DNA of 61,884 nucleotides, filler included, from Basidiobolus ranarum (GCA_040143965.1; 4 parts of 4 records of this genome joined end to end with filler, not necessarily neighbours in it); one strand, 5' to 3'; counted from the whole stretch's first letter, positions 44,907 to 56,802 are shown. Made by a program: numbers and translations. The notes: generated by a model from the letters alone, not told the origin.

Positions 44907-46435
44907 ATGAATATCACGGAGGAGAAAAGGAGAAGTTCGAACACCAGGTTCAAGGCTGTTTGTGAGCCTTCAAAATGGAGACAGTTCAAAGCGTTGGTCA
45001 AGAAACAATTCTTGCAAGGAACTCGTGATAGAGTTTCCTTGTATAACGGGTTACTCTCGGTAAGTCTTTTTATACGTGAACTAGTAGTAACAACAAGCGG
45101 AAGTTAAACTTAAATTCTGTAGCCTGTTTATATGGTAATTGTGCTCATCATAGTCAAAACAGTGTCTATTCCTAATGGTATGTTTTCATATTGATATATA
45201 TACTGCGAATACGAGTCACTACTAATACCCATTGCTTCAAAGCCATTGACGTAAAGCCGTTGATACCATTAACCGAAGGAACTTGTTCCGCCAGCCAGCC
45301 GAGTTGTGTTCATATGGGGTATATCACAAATGGTGCTATTGAAGATACCCTCTCCAACATTCGAAAATTGTTTGACTATTCAGAGCCAAATACAGTTTCA
45401 ATGCGACAGTTTGCCAGTTACGACGAACTAGCTAATCATTTCAACGCAGATCCAGCAAGTTTAGTTGTTGGCGTGACATTTGATAACAATGATGTACTTA
45501 GTGTAAGGTTTATCTATGTAGGTTATTCTGTATATTCAAGAACTAACCTCTTCTCTATGTACCTAGTCTACGACGTATCAAATCCATACAAACCATACTT
45601 TAGCTACCGATAGAGATTACGTTACTACTCGTTCGTTGACTATCCAAGCATATATAGAAAGAGCTATTGCCAACGTGCGACGTCAAGCCAAAGGGCAAAC
45701 CCTACTTTCTTCACCGTTGCCAGAAAAGGGCGCTACTTTCGGGAAGAAGATAGTAACAGGCATTGGGCGAAATTTTATATCATATACTCTTTTAGCAAAT
45801 AACACATTCGTTAAATATGTGTTACCGATCATGAGTATGGTGTTTTTGGTGTTAGCCTTTCAGCCTTTACTTATCTACTACCTGTCTATTTTAAACTATG
45901 ACAAGAATATCAAGATTAAGAGTAGTATGCTTATGATGGGCCTTAGTCACACAGTTTATCTTGTGACGATCTGGATTTATCTTCTGGCATTCACACTCAT
46001 ACCAATTGTAGTGGTTTTAATCCTTATTTTCGCTACGAAAACTATTAATATAGCAGGTCTCGGCTATATGATAGGTGCAATGATCTTTTTTTGTTGCACC
46101 TTCATTGCCCTATGCACCATCTTCTCGATTCGATTCAATAGTACAAAGACTGCACCTTTTGCTGGACTCATTATGACCGTCGTCTCAATAGCTCTCACAG
46201 TGCTGTATCAAACTAACTGGGTATCAAGTGTTTCCACTACTGGAAGCATTCTACTTATGTTGATTTCCCCGATTGCCTTTGGTCAAATTATTACTCTAAC
46301 AAGTACCTACAATACCATCGAAGCAATGAACCACCCTTCAAATGGACCATCATTAAGTACTGCGATTGCAATGCTTTTCGTAGATGCTGTACTGTACTTA
46401 TTTCTGGCCTGGTACTTTGATCATTTGAGTCCAGG
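44907..46435 (+). CDS. ABCA-subfamily transporter, N-terminal TM/ECD/TMD part, truncated by contig end
   Basis: QFKALVKKQFL, TIQAYIERAI, DKNIKIKSSMLMMGL, LISPIAFG, MLFVDAVLYLFLAWYFDHLSP(G). Confidence 0.8.
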
Positions 46436-46535
46436 NNNNNNNNNNNNNNNNNNNNNNNNNNNNNNNNNNNNNNNNNNNNTTAATTAATTAANNNNNNNNN
46501 NNNNNNNNNNNNNNNNNNNNNNNNNNNNNNNNNNN
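46436..46535. other. Artificial contig spacer
   Basis: N44-TTAATTAATTAA-N44. Confidence 0.98.
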
Positions 46536-47115
46536 AAATTAACATAGCCTAAACAAAAACATTTTCATATATAGTGTAGTATTTAGCAATTTCATATTTC
46601 ACTAAGATTTCACCCACCATTCTTAATTGGAATTTACTCAGAAGTTCTCAGATATATAAATTTCTTGTTTTTTCACTTATTGATTTATTGAGTAGAAAGT
46701 TGACATTTATAGTTTTGTCAAGATGTAAACAAACTAACATGTAGAATATGTTAAGGAAGGTCCCAGGAACATGTGTGCAAAGTTTGGGGCTTCTAGCACA
46801 AGTTTGAAAAAATCTATCTATCTGAGAACTTCTGAGTAAATTGCAATTGAGAATAATGGAAAATATCTTAGTGAATCATTAGATAACTAAGTAGTAAGCT
46901 ATATATGACTATATAGATGTTTAGTCAATGCTAATTTCAACACTTGGAAGTTCTCAAATATATAGATTTTTCAAACTTGTGCTAGAAGCCCAAAGCTTTG
47001 CACACATTTTTTTGGAACCTTCTTTGGCACATTTTAGATGTTCTTCTGATTGCTTCTGGACAAAGCTATAGATGTCAACTCTCTACCCAATATATCAATT
47101 AGTGAAAACTAACAA
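46536..47115. repeat. AT-rich repeat family, three partial copies in alternating orientation
   Basis: 46536-46665 is an inverted copy of ~46806-46938, and ~46665-46833 is an inverted copy of ~46948-47115. Shared core: gaagttctca-atatatagatttttcaaacttgtgctagaagccc. Confidence 0.8.
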
Positions 47116-47480
47116 AACTAGGAGCTACTATTGTTTTCCAAGAGTTCCTACTTTGATAGTCAAAAGTATTGAAAATAAGTAGTAAATGTCAAGGCACTGA
47201 ATAGTACTGACAATATAGAGATTTTCAAAATCAGAAATCAAGTAGAGTGCATTGGTATGAAGCTAGCTTTGGCCTTAATCTTGTGCCAATAAGCCCAAAA
47301 AGCTCATGGTATTCCCACAGACATGCTAACACAATCCCATTGGGTTTTTCAGGTATGCTTTGAGGTATATCAATACTAGGGCTCTGCTCACTTTGTAGGT
47401 ATCTCTCAAGCTCGCATTGACTGCATTTCTTAATGACACTCCCAAGAGCTCTAATTTTGGAAATATACATGTCCTGATAA
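47115..47480 (-). mobile_element. Degenerate Ty3/Gypsy integrase relic
   Basis: With frameshifts and stops: VIKKCSQC, IPEK-WDCVSM..GIP, KASFIP, SILS...FTTYF...ELL. This is the order expected for a Gypsy integrase. Confidence 0.45.
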
Positions 47481-47905
47481 CTGTTTTTCCATAAGGTAAA
47501 TATATTTCATGCTAACAAACATGTGGCATATCTTTCAAATGTTGCTATATTCTCACAGCATCATGGTGTTGATAAACGTAACTTTTGAGAGTACATGTCA
47601 AGCGGGTCTATAGCTCATATTACAATTACTGGTTAGAATACTATGGTTATTAAAACGATTTGAAGAAACATGTGATTCTCGTAACATTTAGGGTACCTAT
47701 ATCTTTTTGCATCAGTTTACGCTGTTCTGCCAGAAAATTCTAGTATTGCTTGTAATTGATCACAGATTCTTCATCATTCTTTGCACTCCAATAGGTGGGA
47801 TATGTTTACACCTATTTCCAATTCAGATGGAGTAGTGATAATATTATGAATATTGGGGGGGAGGATCAAGGAAATTGTGAAGTAATTTCCATATAAGATC
47901 TATTA

Positions 47906-48251
47906 TTCGGTATAATAGTTTATCTGAATCATAAGAATGAACCACTCACAATATTACGGTATATTTCATTACTGACGTAATATAAGAAAGGAAAGTGACA
48001 CCACCAATTTCAGAAATTCTACCTACCTGATTAGAATAGGACCAAAGTGGATGTAGCGATATCGATAAGGGAATGGAAACCTACGAATATGGTACTTCCA
48101 AGAATATCGAGAGTAAATTACAGATTCAAATCTACTTAATTTTCGGTACTACTTCGGAACCACCTAAATATGGAAAAAACTCCAATGTGATATATGACAC
48201 AGAGTCTTCATTTTCGGTAGCATGTGATGATTTAGATTGAAGTGTACCGAA
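47906..48251. promoter_or_regulatory. Cluster of TTCGGTA motifs upstream of the PDR transporter
   Basis: Exact copies at 47906, 48142, 48213 and, reversed, 48245. One-mismatch copies at 47955 and 48153. Confidence 0.45.
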
Positions 48252-48404
48252 TCTTCAAATTGATTCGTCATATTTCTTTCATTCTACTTCACTGATTGGA
48301 TAGCAAAGAAGTGAGTGGTAGATCATTTAAGCATTCACTATAAAAGTTTAAAGAAGTTAACTAGTTGTGAGCACAGAAGAAACAATTGAATATCCAAGTA
48401 ATTT

Positions 48405-48461
48405 AATGGTCATATAATGTCTAAGGAATCCAATGGTCATATAATGTCGAAGGTGTCCAAT
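48405..48461 (+). repeat. 27-bp tandem duplication
   Basis: aatggtcatataatgtctaaggaatcc / aatggtcatataatgtcgaaggtgtcc. Confidence 0.7.
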
Positions 48462-48865
48462 ACTCACGTGTTTGTTTGCGAAAGGGGAATCCTACACCAG
48501 TGAACAACGTATACATGTTGAAGTAAATAGCTATAAAGGCATGTGCAATTTAGTCTCGGGTTCAACGGGATTCATATTCCGATAAAAGTAAATATATACG
48601 TGACTTGTCTAGATTTTATCACTAGTCAAGTGAAAATTAACTAATAAATCCCTTCCACCCAAAAAACCAAGGATCTCTTATCAGTACCTTTCGAGGTTGC
48701 AGTCGGATGTTTTACTGTAGTAATAGTGCCGAGAAATGGCGAGAGAGTTTTATAAAAATAGAAGTGTCCTCTCAAATAGTTTCGTTAAAATTGCCAAACA
48801 CTATCATAGATTTAATTCAATCCTAATAAACTCCGCTATTCTAAGCCGTTATAGCCTCCAAGAGA

Positions 48866-51800
48866 ATGTCTGAGGATTCATCTACTAATAACCGGGGGAG
48901 TCGTGATAGTAGTGTTACAGTATTGGGTGATGATCACGAGAAGATGCAAGGAAACACATTAACGAAAACCCAAGTCCACTTACAAACCGAAAACCAGGCT
49001 GGTGACTGGGGTGAAGGTGAGCCAAGTATTGACATATCAAACGCTACAGGTGAATATGAAGACCTACGACGTGAACTTTCCCGTATATCTACTATTCATC
49101 GAAGAAACACCGTGGCTAGCTCGGATACTGCGCTGGAAGAGGGTCCACAAGGAGATGGCTTCGATCTCAATGATTTTCTACAAGAAAAATCCATAGAGAA
49201 TAAGAATGCCGATATAAAAGAAAAATGTATTGGGTTAACATTTAAACACTTGACAGTGATTGGAGATAAAGTGGGCCGAGTATATATGCCCGATTGTCTA
49301 ACTCCATTAAAGAAGCTGGGAAATTTATTTAATCCTGCTAAATGGTGTCAGAAACAGGAGCCCAACAACGATGATGAAGGAAGGGTAATTCTTCACGATA
49401 TCGATGGATTCTGTAAGGATGGTGAGATGCTGTTTGTCTTAGGTAGACCGGGTGCTGGCTGCTCTACATTGTTGAGAGTGCTTTCTAACGAACGAAAGCA
49501 ATACAGAAAAATTGAGGGAGAGGTCTCGTACGGAGGTATCTCTGCCGAAGAATTCAGCAAGAAATATACCGGAGAAGTAGCATACAACCCCGAAGACGAT
49601 TTCCATTTCGCCACACTCACCGTAAGAGAAACCATGAATTTTGCCCTGAAATGTAAAACACCGGGAAAGCGACTTCCAGACGAAACCAAGAAATCATTTG
49701 TTCGAGATGTTCGTGATACTCTGTTGAAGATGTTTGGACTGTCACATACATTAGATACACTTGTTGGAAATGAATATGTGCGTGGTGTCTCCGGGGGTGA
49801 AAGAAAACGTCTGTCAATTGCTGAGCAAATGACTGCTCGTGCCGCTATTAATATGTGGGATGGAAGTACCAAAGGATTGGATGCTTCATCTGCATTGAGT
49901 TATGTCAAATCATTACGTATTATGACAAATATTATGCACAAAGCTACTCTCGTCACAACCTACCAAGCATCCGAGAGTATCTATCAAGAGTTTGACAAAG
50001 TGATGGTGTTGGATCAGGGACGGTGCGTTTATTTTGGCCCAGCTTCTGAGGCAAGGAGATATTTCATCAATCTCGGCTTTCAAGATGTACCACGTCAAAC
50101 CACCTCAGATTATCTGACAGCTATCACAGACCCACACGAACGCAAAATCACTCCTGGAATGGAAGATAGAGTTCCACAAACAGCTGAGGAGATGGAACAA
50201 GCCTATAAAAAGTCGGATATCTATCATAGAATGATTCAAGAGAGAGATGAGTATGAGGAGTACTTGAACTGTAATTCACCAGAGAAGGATTTCCGTAAAC
50301 ATGTGGAGGAATCCAAACAAAATCACGTCCCAAGAAAATCTCCCTACACCACCTCCTTCCCTCAACAAGTGAAGGCGCTAACAGTTCGACAATTCCAACT
50401 AACTTTGGGTGATAAAGCTTCCCTTATATCTCGTTACGCCTCCATCATGATCAAGGCAGCCATCGTTGGTACTGCTTTCCTTTTACTCCCCACCGATAAT
50501 GTCAGCGGTGCTTTCACACGTGGTGGTGTTCTTTTCTTCTCCTTACTTTTCAATTCCCTAGTGGCCCAGGCGGAAATCCCAAATTCAATGAGCGGTCGAT
50601 CCATTCTGTATAAACACAAATCTTTTGCTTTCTATTATCCTAGTGCTTACTATATTGCACAGATGGCTGCGGATATTCCGTTCACGATGATTCAGATCGT
50701 CCTATTTTCGTGTATTCTATACTGGAGTGCAGGCCTCCAGGCTGAGGCTGGAAAATTCTTCAACTTCATGTTTATTTTGGTGCTTTGCAGTTTCAGTCTT
50801 ACCGCTTACTTTAGAATGTTCGCTTCATTCTCGCCGAACTTTGATGTAGCTTCGCGTACCTCAGGTATAGTTCTCATGGCCTACATTTTGTACTGCGGAT
50901 ATTTGATACCTCAGAATCAGATGCATGGTTGGTTTGTGTGGATATATTGGATTAACCCGCTGGCCTACGGCTTTAAGGCATTGATGTCCAACGAATTCAA
51001 AGGATTACGATTTACATGCTCCGGAATTGATTTAGTTCCAAGTGGACCGAATTACAATAATATCAACTATCAGACATGCAGTCTTGTTGGTAGTAGACCC
51101 GGTACAAACTACGTCGATGGTCCGGATTATTTAATTAAATCATTCGGTTACAACACCGATGATATGTGGAAAGATACCGTAACCGTTATTTGCTGGTGGA
51201 TATTGTTCTCAATTCTTTCTATGATAGCTATGGAATGCAAGCAATTTGGAAAGGGTGGTTTCACCTTGAACATGTACAAACCTACCAAAGAGCCCATTCA
51301 AAAGAAAGATCAAAGTGAGATGTCAGAATCTAGAGTCAACATTGAGGAGAAATCGGGGGATGTCAAGCTTGAGGGGATTACTTTCACCTGGCATAACGTT
51401 GACTACGTCGTTCCGGCCAAGGGATTCCCAGATGGTAAACAACTGTTGAACAAAATCGATGGTTGGGTAAAACCAGGATACATGACTGCTTTAATGGGTG
51501 CTTCTGGTGCAGGTAAAACAACATTACTCGACGTACTAGCTCAGCGCAAATCAATCGGCAAGGTAACTGGTGATATCTTAGTGGACCAACGACCAATTGG
51601 GGTAGATTTCCAGCGTACTACAGGCTACTGTGAACAAATGGATGTACATAACCCAGCTGTAACTGTTCGTGAGTCCCTCCAATTTTCTGCATATCTTAGG
51701 CAGCCGGCTGAAATTCCAAAAGGCGAAAAAGATGCTTACGTAGAAGAGATCATTAGGCTTTTGGAGATGGAAGATATTGCTGACGCTGTAATCGGAGATG

Positions 51801-53257
51801 TAGAAACCGGTGTTGGTATATCTGTAGAGCAACGTAAACGTCTTACCATTGGTGTAGAATTAGTAGCGAAGCCTAAATTGCTCTTCCTTGATGAACCCAC
51901 GTCTGGTTTGGATGCTCAGGCAGCCTTCAATATTATTCGTTTCATGCGCAAGCTCGCTGACCAAGGTCAGGCTGTTCTCTGTACCATCCATCAACCCAGT
52001 GCTGTTCTGTTCGACTTCTTTGACCATTTATTGCTACTCGCCCGTGGTGGAAAGACTGTTTATTTCGGTGAATTAGGGCCTGACTCGAAGGAAATTTTGG
52101 ATTACTTTAGTCGAAATGGGGCTCCCGTATGTGGATCAGAAGCTAACCCGGCCGAATACATTCTTGATGTCGTTAATGATAAACGAGCTTTAGATTGGCC
52201 TACCATTTGGTCTGAATCTCCCGAAAGGCGACAAGTGCAAATCACGCTTGATCAAATTCAATCTAAGCAGCTGACTGTTGAAGAAAAGAAAAACCAACAT
52301 GAATTTGCCACATCATTTGGTACACAGTTCTCTGTTGTAGGGCGTAGAATGCTTCTTTCATGGTGGCGTAATCCAACATATAATCTAGGAAGACATATGT
52401 TCTGCATTGTCTTTTCCCTTCTTCTTGGTTTTTCGTTCTATAGAATGGGTCATAGTCAAAAGGAGCTACAGTCACGAATTTTTGCTCTTTTCCAGTCTAG
52501 TGTCATGGGTACAATTTTCATGAATTTATCTCAGCCTAGATTTATTGAAGAACGTAACGTTTACAACCGTGAACACTCGAGCAAGATGTATGGTTGGAAA
52601 CCTTTCTGGCTTTCTATCATGTTAACGGAGATTCCATTTATTTCGGTGACCATCACTTGTTTTTGGCTTCTCTATTATTATATTTGTGGATTTAATCAAT
52701 CTTCCTCCCATGCTATCTACTCTTGGCTTATGTATCTTATTTTCGCCTACTTCTGCATATCGTTGGGTCAGACGATCGCTTCATTCTCTTCTAGCAAACA
52801 GATGGCTGCTTTACTCAATCCATTCTTCTTCTCTATGTTGAATTTGTTCTGTGGTGTAGTCGTACCATACAGTTCAATGCCTGGTTTCTGGAAAGCGTGG
52901 ATGTATTGGTTGGATCCATTTCATTACTGGATTGAGGGTCTAGTGACAAATGAGTTGCACAACCTCAAGGTTTATTGTACTGGTGACGAATATCTTCTTT
53001 TCAATCCGCCCTCTGGTCAAACATGCGTACAATACGCTGGAGAATTCTTGACCAAAGCAGCCGGATACTTGCATAATCCTGAAGCCACTTCCGCTTGTCA
53101 GTACTGTCCTATGTCACGTGGGGATGACTTTTACACCCCATTGGGATGGAGTTATTCTCATCGTTGGCGTAACTTTGGTTTCTTGTGCATGTTTTGGATA
53201 TTTAACGTGGTTGTCACTGGAGTGATTATCGCCAAGTTCCGTTCCAACAGTCGTTAA
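48866..53257 (+). CDS. Full-size PDR-type ABCG transporter (SNQ2-like), intronless, 1463 aa
   Basis: Degenerate NBD1 Walker A GRPGAGCST, VSGGERKRLSIAE, NBD2 GASGAGKTT, SVEQRKRLTIGVEL, and two TMDs with PDR Cys-rich loops. Confidence 0.96.
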   Translation: MSEDSSTNNRGSRDSSVTVLGDDHEKMQGNTLTKTQVHLQTENQAGDWGEGEPSIDISNATGEYEDLRRELSRISTIHRRNTVASSDTALEEGPQGDGFDLNDFLQEKSIENKNADIKEKCIGLTFKHLTVIGDKVGRVYMPDCLTPLKKLGNLFNPAKWCQKQEPNNDDEGRVILHDIDGFCKDGEMLFVLGRPGAGCSTLLRVLSNERKQYRKIEGEVSYGGISAEEFSKKYTGEVAYNPEDDFHFATLTVRETMNFALKCKTPGKRLPDETKKSFVRDVRDTLLKMFGLSHTLDTLVGNEYVRGVSGGERKRLSIAEQMTARAAINMWDGSTKGLDASSALSYVKSLRIMTNIMHKATLVTTYQASESIYQEFDKVMVLDQGRCVYFGPASEARRYFINLGFQDVPRQTTSDYLTAITDPHERKITPGMEDRVPQTAEEMEQAYKKSDIYHRMIQERDEYEEYLNCNSPEKDFRKHVEESKQNHVPRKSPYTTSFPQQVKALTVRQFQLTLGDKASLISRYASIMIKAAIVGTAFLLLPTDNVSGAFTRGGVLFFSLLFNSLVAQAEIPNSMSGRSILYKHKSFAFYYPSAYYIAQMAADIPFTMIQIVLFSCILYWSAGLQAEAGKFFNFMFILVLCSFSLTAYFRMFASFSPNFDVASRTSGIVLMAYILYCGYLIPQNQMHGWFVWIYWINPLAYGFKALMSNEFKGLRFTCSGIDLVPSGPNYNNINYQTCSLVGSRPGTNYVDGPDYLIKSFGYNTDDMWKDTVTVICWWILFSILSMIAMECKQFGKGGFTLNMYKPTKEPIQKKDQSEMSESRVNIEEKSGDVKLEGITFTWHNVDYVVPAKGFPDGKQLLNKIDGWVKPGYMTALMGASGAGKTTLLDVLAQRKSIGKVTGDILVDQRPIGVDFQRTTGYCEQMDVHNPAVTVRESLQFSAYLRQPAEIPKGEKDAYVEEIIRLLEMEDIADAVIGDVETGVGISVEQRKRLTIGVELVAKPKLLFLDEPTSGLDAQAAFNIIRFMRKLADQGQAVLCTIHQPSAVLFDFFDHLLLLARGGKTVYFGELGPDSKEILDYFSRNGAPVCGSEANPAEYILDVVNDKRALDWPTIWSESPERRQVQITLDQIQSKQLTVEEKKNQHEFATSFGTQFSVVGRRMLLSWWRNPTYNLGRHMFCIVFSLLLGFSFYRMGHSQKELQSRIFALFQSSVMGTIFMNLSQPRFIEERNVYNREHSSKMYGWKPFWLSIMLTEIPFISVTITCFWLLYYYICGFNQSSSHAIYSWLMYLIFAYFCISLGQTIASFSSSKQMAALLNPFFFSMLNLFCGVVVPYSSMPGFWKAWMYWLDPFHYWIEGLVTNELHNLKVYCTGDEYLLFNPPSGQTCVQYAGEFLTKAAGYLHNPEATSACQYCPMSRGDDFYTPLGWSYSHRWRNFGFLCMFWIFNVVVTGVIIAKFRSNSR

Positions 53258-53729
53258 CCTTTCAGGTTAACATTCAAATGTATATTGTTGCCTATGCTTT
53301 TATACCCTAACAACCCATATTAAATGGTGGATTCTTTTTCTACTTGACCAATTGGATGTCACGCATAGCCAAATTTAACCAATCCGAGTAAAGGGATGGA
53401 TGGCTAAATGCATTCCGTTTTTATTAAATAAATTCTTATTCACATCAAACAGTAGATCGAAGAAATAAATAAATAAATAAAAAGAATCATGAGTTTGTTG
53501 GATTTTTATTCCTTTGACCATTTATAAAAACTCAAAAAAACGTATATTATAATGATTTCGCACGAAAGAGAATATATGGTCAAGTCATAGCTTACAGGAA
53601 GAGAAAGTTAAAAAAGAGTGAAGGGGGGGGGACTTCTCCTAGTCACAAGTAAAGTTATTATAACATTAGGGGAAACCAATCCGTTTGGATTTTGTGAAAT
53701 GAAATATCTAGTATGTCAGGATTATCATC

Positions 53730-56302
53730 TTAATCAAGTTTCACAGCGCGGAATATCTTTCGTACGAAGAAATAGGTTACAAGGAATGAGATGGACCCGG
53801 TAACAAGCGCATACACTAAGCATGCGATAAAGCTGTATGTGACAAATACTAAGAATGATACGAAATGGGTGATGTGAAGATGCGCAAAGCAGTACATCAA
53901 TGAATATAAGAAGATATAAAGCCCTGAACTTCCACCAACAAAGAAAGATCTCCACCACCATAAATAATTCTATTGGAATTCCAATCATGGGTTAGTCTAG
54001 AAAAAGAAAAATAGCGAATAGTTGACTGCACTAACCTCTCCGCATAATTGGAAGTAAGTTATAACAATGGTAATCTCAATACAAGTCACCATTAGGATCA
54101 CAAACACTAACGAGAGAAATCCAAACATGTAGTAGAATTGATCTTGCCATATCGATTTGAGGATGAATACAAGCTCAATGACAATGACTGCAAAGGGCAT
54201 TAGTCCACCAACCAAAACACTAAATTGTACTTGCATTAATTCACGTGTCAATAAAGATTGTAATACCGAACCCTTACCTTGGGACAGGCTGCATATACCA
54301 CACTTGATCAGGAATTTGGCGAGGAATCTGATTAGTTCTTACTGGATGCTGTATAACTTGCTTCTTGAATCCAACGAATGACCCAACAAAGACCAGAGGC
54401 ATGGAAATACAGAACCACATAGAGACAAGGGCAAAGAAGGTTCCGAAAGGAATGGCGGTGGAGGAGCGCTGTACCCAAACGAACACATTGAGCACGCATA
54501 TTATAGCAAATATAAACCCAGGGACAATAAAGCCAGTCTAGAAGAGAAGTGTTGGAGAGAGAAAATAAAAGATTCACCAAGCAAATAATCAAATACCATA
54601 AACGCATTCTTCTTCCATGAATTTCCTTTGAAAACTTTAAATAGGCGAGCACTAAAGTAACCTCCAAACATACTGATAGACGAGTTAGTACCGGCATGGG
54701 AACGTCAAGACAATCTTTATCTTACCCCATGAAGACGAATAAAAATAGAGAAAACGAAACCAAGCCTCCACGGTAAGAAGGGTTAAGAATCCCGACAAGG
54801 CCAAAGACTGTTATACAAGAGAAATCAGTACAGGCTCTCCAAAGGATTTCAGTTCGTAAATCACAGTCACTTACAAATAGTAGTCAAAAACATCATGAAA
54901 AGCTGCACACCCGTGCCAATAAGGGGTGCAAATAGACCGCCATACTTCGGAGCCCTAAACACATCTCCGTGCACCAGTTTCCATCCGATAGTATCTTCTT
55001 GAGCCTCCTCAAACTAATGTGTAATGATTAATGAATGTTAGTATAGGCGGTTGAATGGTATCTACAAAGACACTGACTCTGAAATCCTCGTCGTTATATA
55101 GAGAAATATCGCGATTAAGAGTGCGAAGCATGATCACAGCCACCATGGAGGTGAGAAACAAAATGATAACTAAAGAGTTGATGATCGAGTACCAATGAAT
55201 TTGAGGGTCGTTATTGGCCATGTACAAGCTCCATCTAGTGCCCCAAGTAATTTTCTTTTCCTGGATCATCGAATATATGTAAGTATTGGGTGTGATATAG
55301 TGCGTAACGAGCAGTCTCAATAATACCTCCGTCCAGGCAACAGTGTAACTAAAATCAACAGTGGTAGCCTGATTTGACACCTCTTTTTTAGGAATCTCTC
55401 TTTCTGTCTTTACATTAATATCCGAGCACAGTTCAGAAGTTTGAATGCTGCATTAAGATGATGGTTAAGTAATTGTTTTTCTCGACATGGGAAAAGACCC
55501 TCCAAACCTGTAAGGGTAGACTTCAAACCCAACAATAAGTCGAGCTGTTGGATCGATTTCTTTGGTTTCGTAAAGAATATTGATGGTAACGTGATTATTT
55601 ATGTAAGTTTTGGAAGACTAATCAAATTAAAAATAACACTTTAGCATACTTGGAAGAAATTGTATATAGGTCATTTATACACTTACCGCAGCGTCATATT
55701 GGCCCAAGTGAAAGCCGGCTTCATACAACTTTTTAGTGTTTTCCACAGTGTGGTAAGGTGCCGCGCTAGGAAGATTATCCACAATCCTTAGATAGGGAGT
55801 ATTAAATTTTGAATCCAATTAAACTAGATTATCAAATAGAGGCTTCAAGTACCATTCAACACGATAATCATCTTTGATCATCTCTTGAGCAACCATGGCG
55901 TCTTCCACTCCCAGTTCTTTGGAACAAAGTATCTTACATTTTGTATTCTCTCCAAAGATAAGCTATAACACATCATTGTTAGAAGTCAAGAACGGTCTTG
56001 TATGTGCATAAGAGAAGAAATACTTTATAATCTGAGTCATAGATTCGGTCACCGCTGAGGATCTCACCCAGATTTAATAATGAACGTTTGGCATCAACGT
56101 TTGAACACACAAAAGGTAAATCGTGATAAGAATGAGGTAGTTGAGTCTTATCGGAGAATGCTTTGTTAACGTAAAGTGGTACTGTGTCTCCCACTTTGAA
56201 GATGTTAGGGGTAAATCCAGGAACATGGAACCCGTACGAAGTATATGGTAAGAAAGTCAATACATATACTAACAAAGTCGAAAAACCAAACCCAAATGAC
56301 AT
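53730..56302 (-). CDS. Transmembrane 9 superfamily (Emp70/TMN) protein; multi-exon
   Basis: Signal peptide, SDKTQLP, NLGEILSGDRI, IVDNLP, IHWYSIINS, GWKLVHGDVFR, PVRTNQIPRQIP, ending IFRAVKLD* (KxD). Confidence 0.93.
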
Positions 56303-56707
56303 CTTTCTTCGGGTGACAAACCGTAGTTAGGTACAAAAATAACTTCTCTACGTATTCAATATAGAAAATCAACCTTTAATAACTTGACTGATGAATCCCT
56401 CAATTATACAACTCCTCGCCCCTACTTCATCCTATCATAAACCTCCATTGATCAAATTTGCTTAATTCAAATATATGTCGAAATCGAATTTAAAATGATG
56501 TATAAAATGGAGTATGATCTTAGACATACAACCTTACTCCAAATGTATCTAAGACATAAAATGGATTGGGGTTGTGGCATAATCTTTGCAAGCATACATG
56601 AATTCTTTGATTGTAACTTATGACATCAATCCTCTCCACGGTTGCTTTGATGAATATATATTTTAGGTTGAGTGGCTATCATCCTAACAAGGTTAAGTCC
56701 AGCTAGA

Positions 56708-56802
56708 TCACGTGATTCATCCAATTAAAGTCAATCCGCAAACAACTGAAGTTTGTTTACATTTGACAAATTGCTATTTCACAACACACCATTTGCACGC
56801 GT
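56708..56802. promoter_or_regulatory. E-box TCACGTGA and MCB-like ACGCGT in the divergent TM9SF / CKAP2-like promoter
   Basis: TCACGTGA at 56708-56715 and ACGCGT at ~56797-56802. TCACGTGA also lies ~80-110 bp upstream of METTL16 (5867) and XAP5 (60933). Confidence 0.35.
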
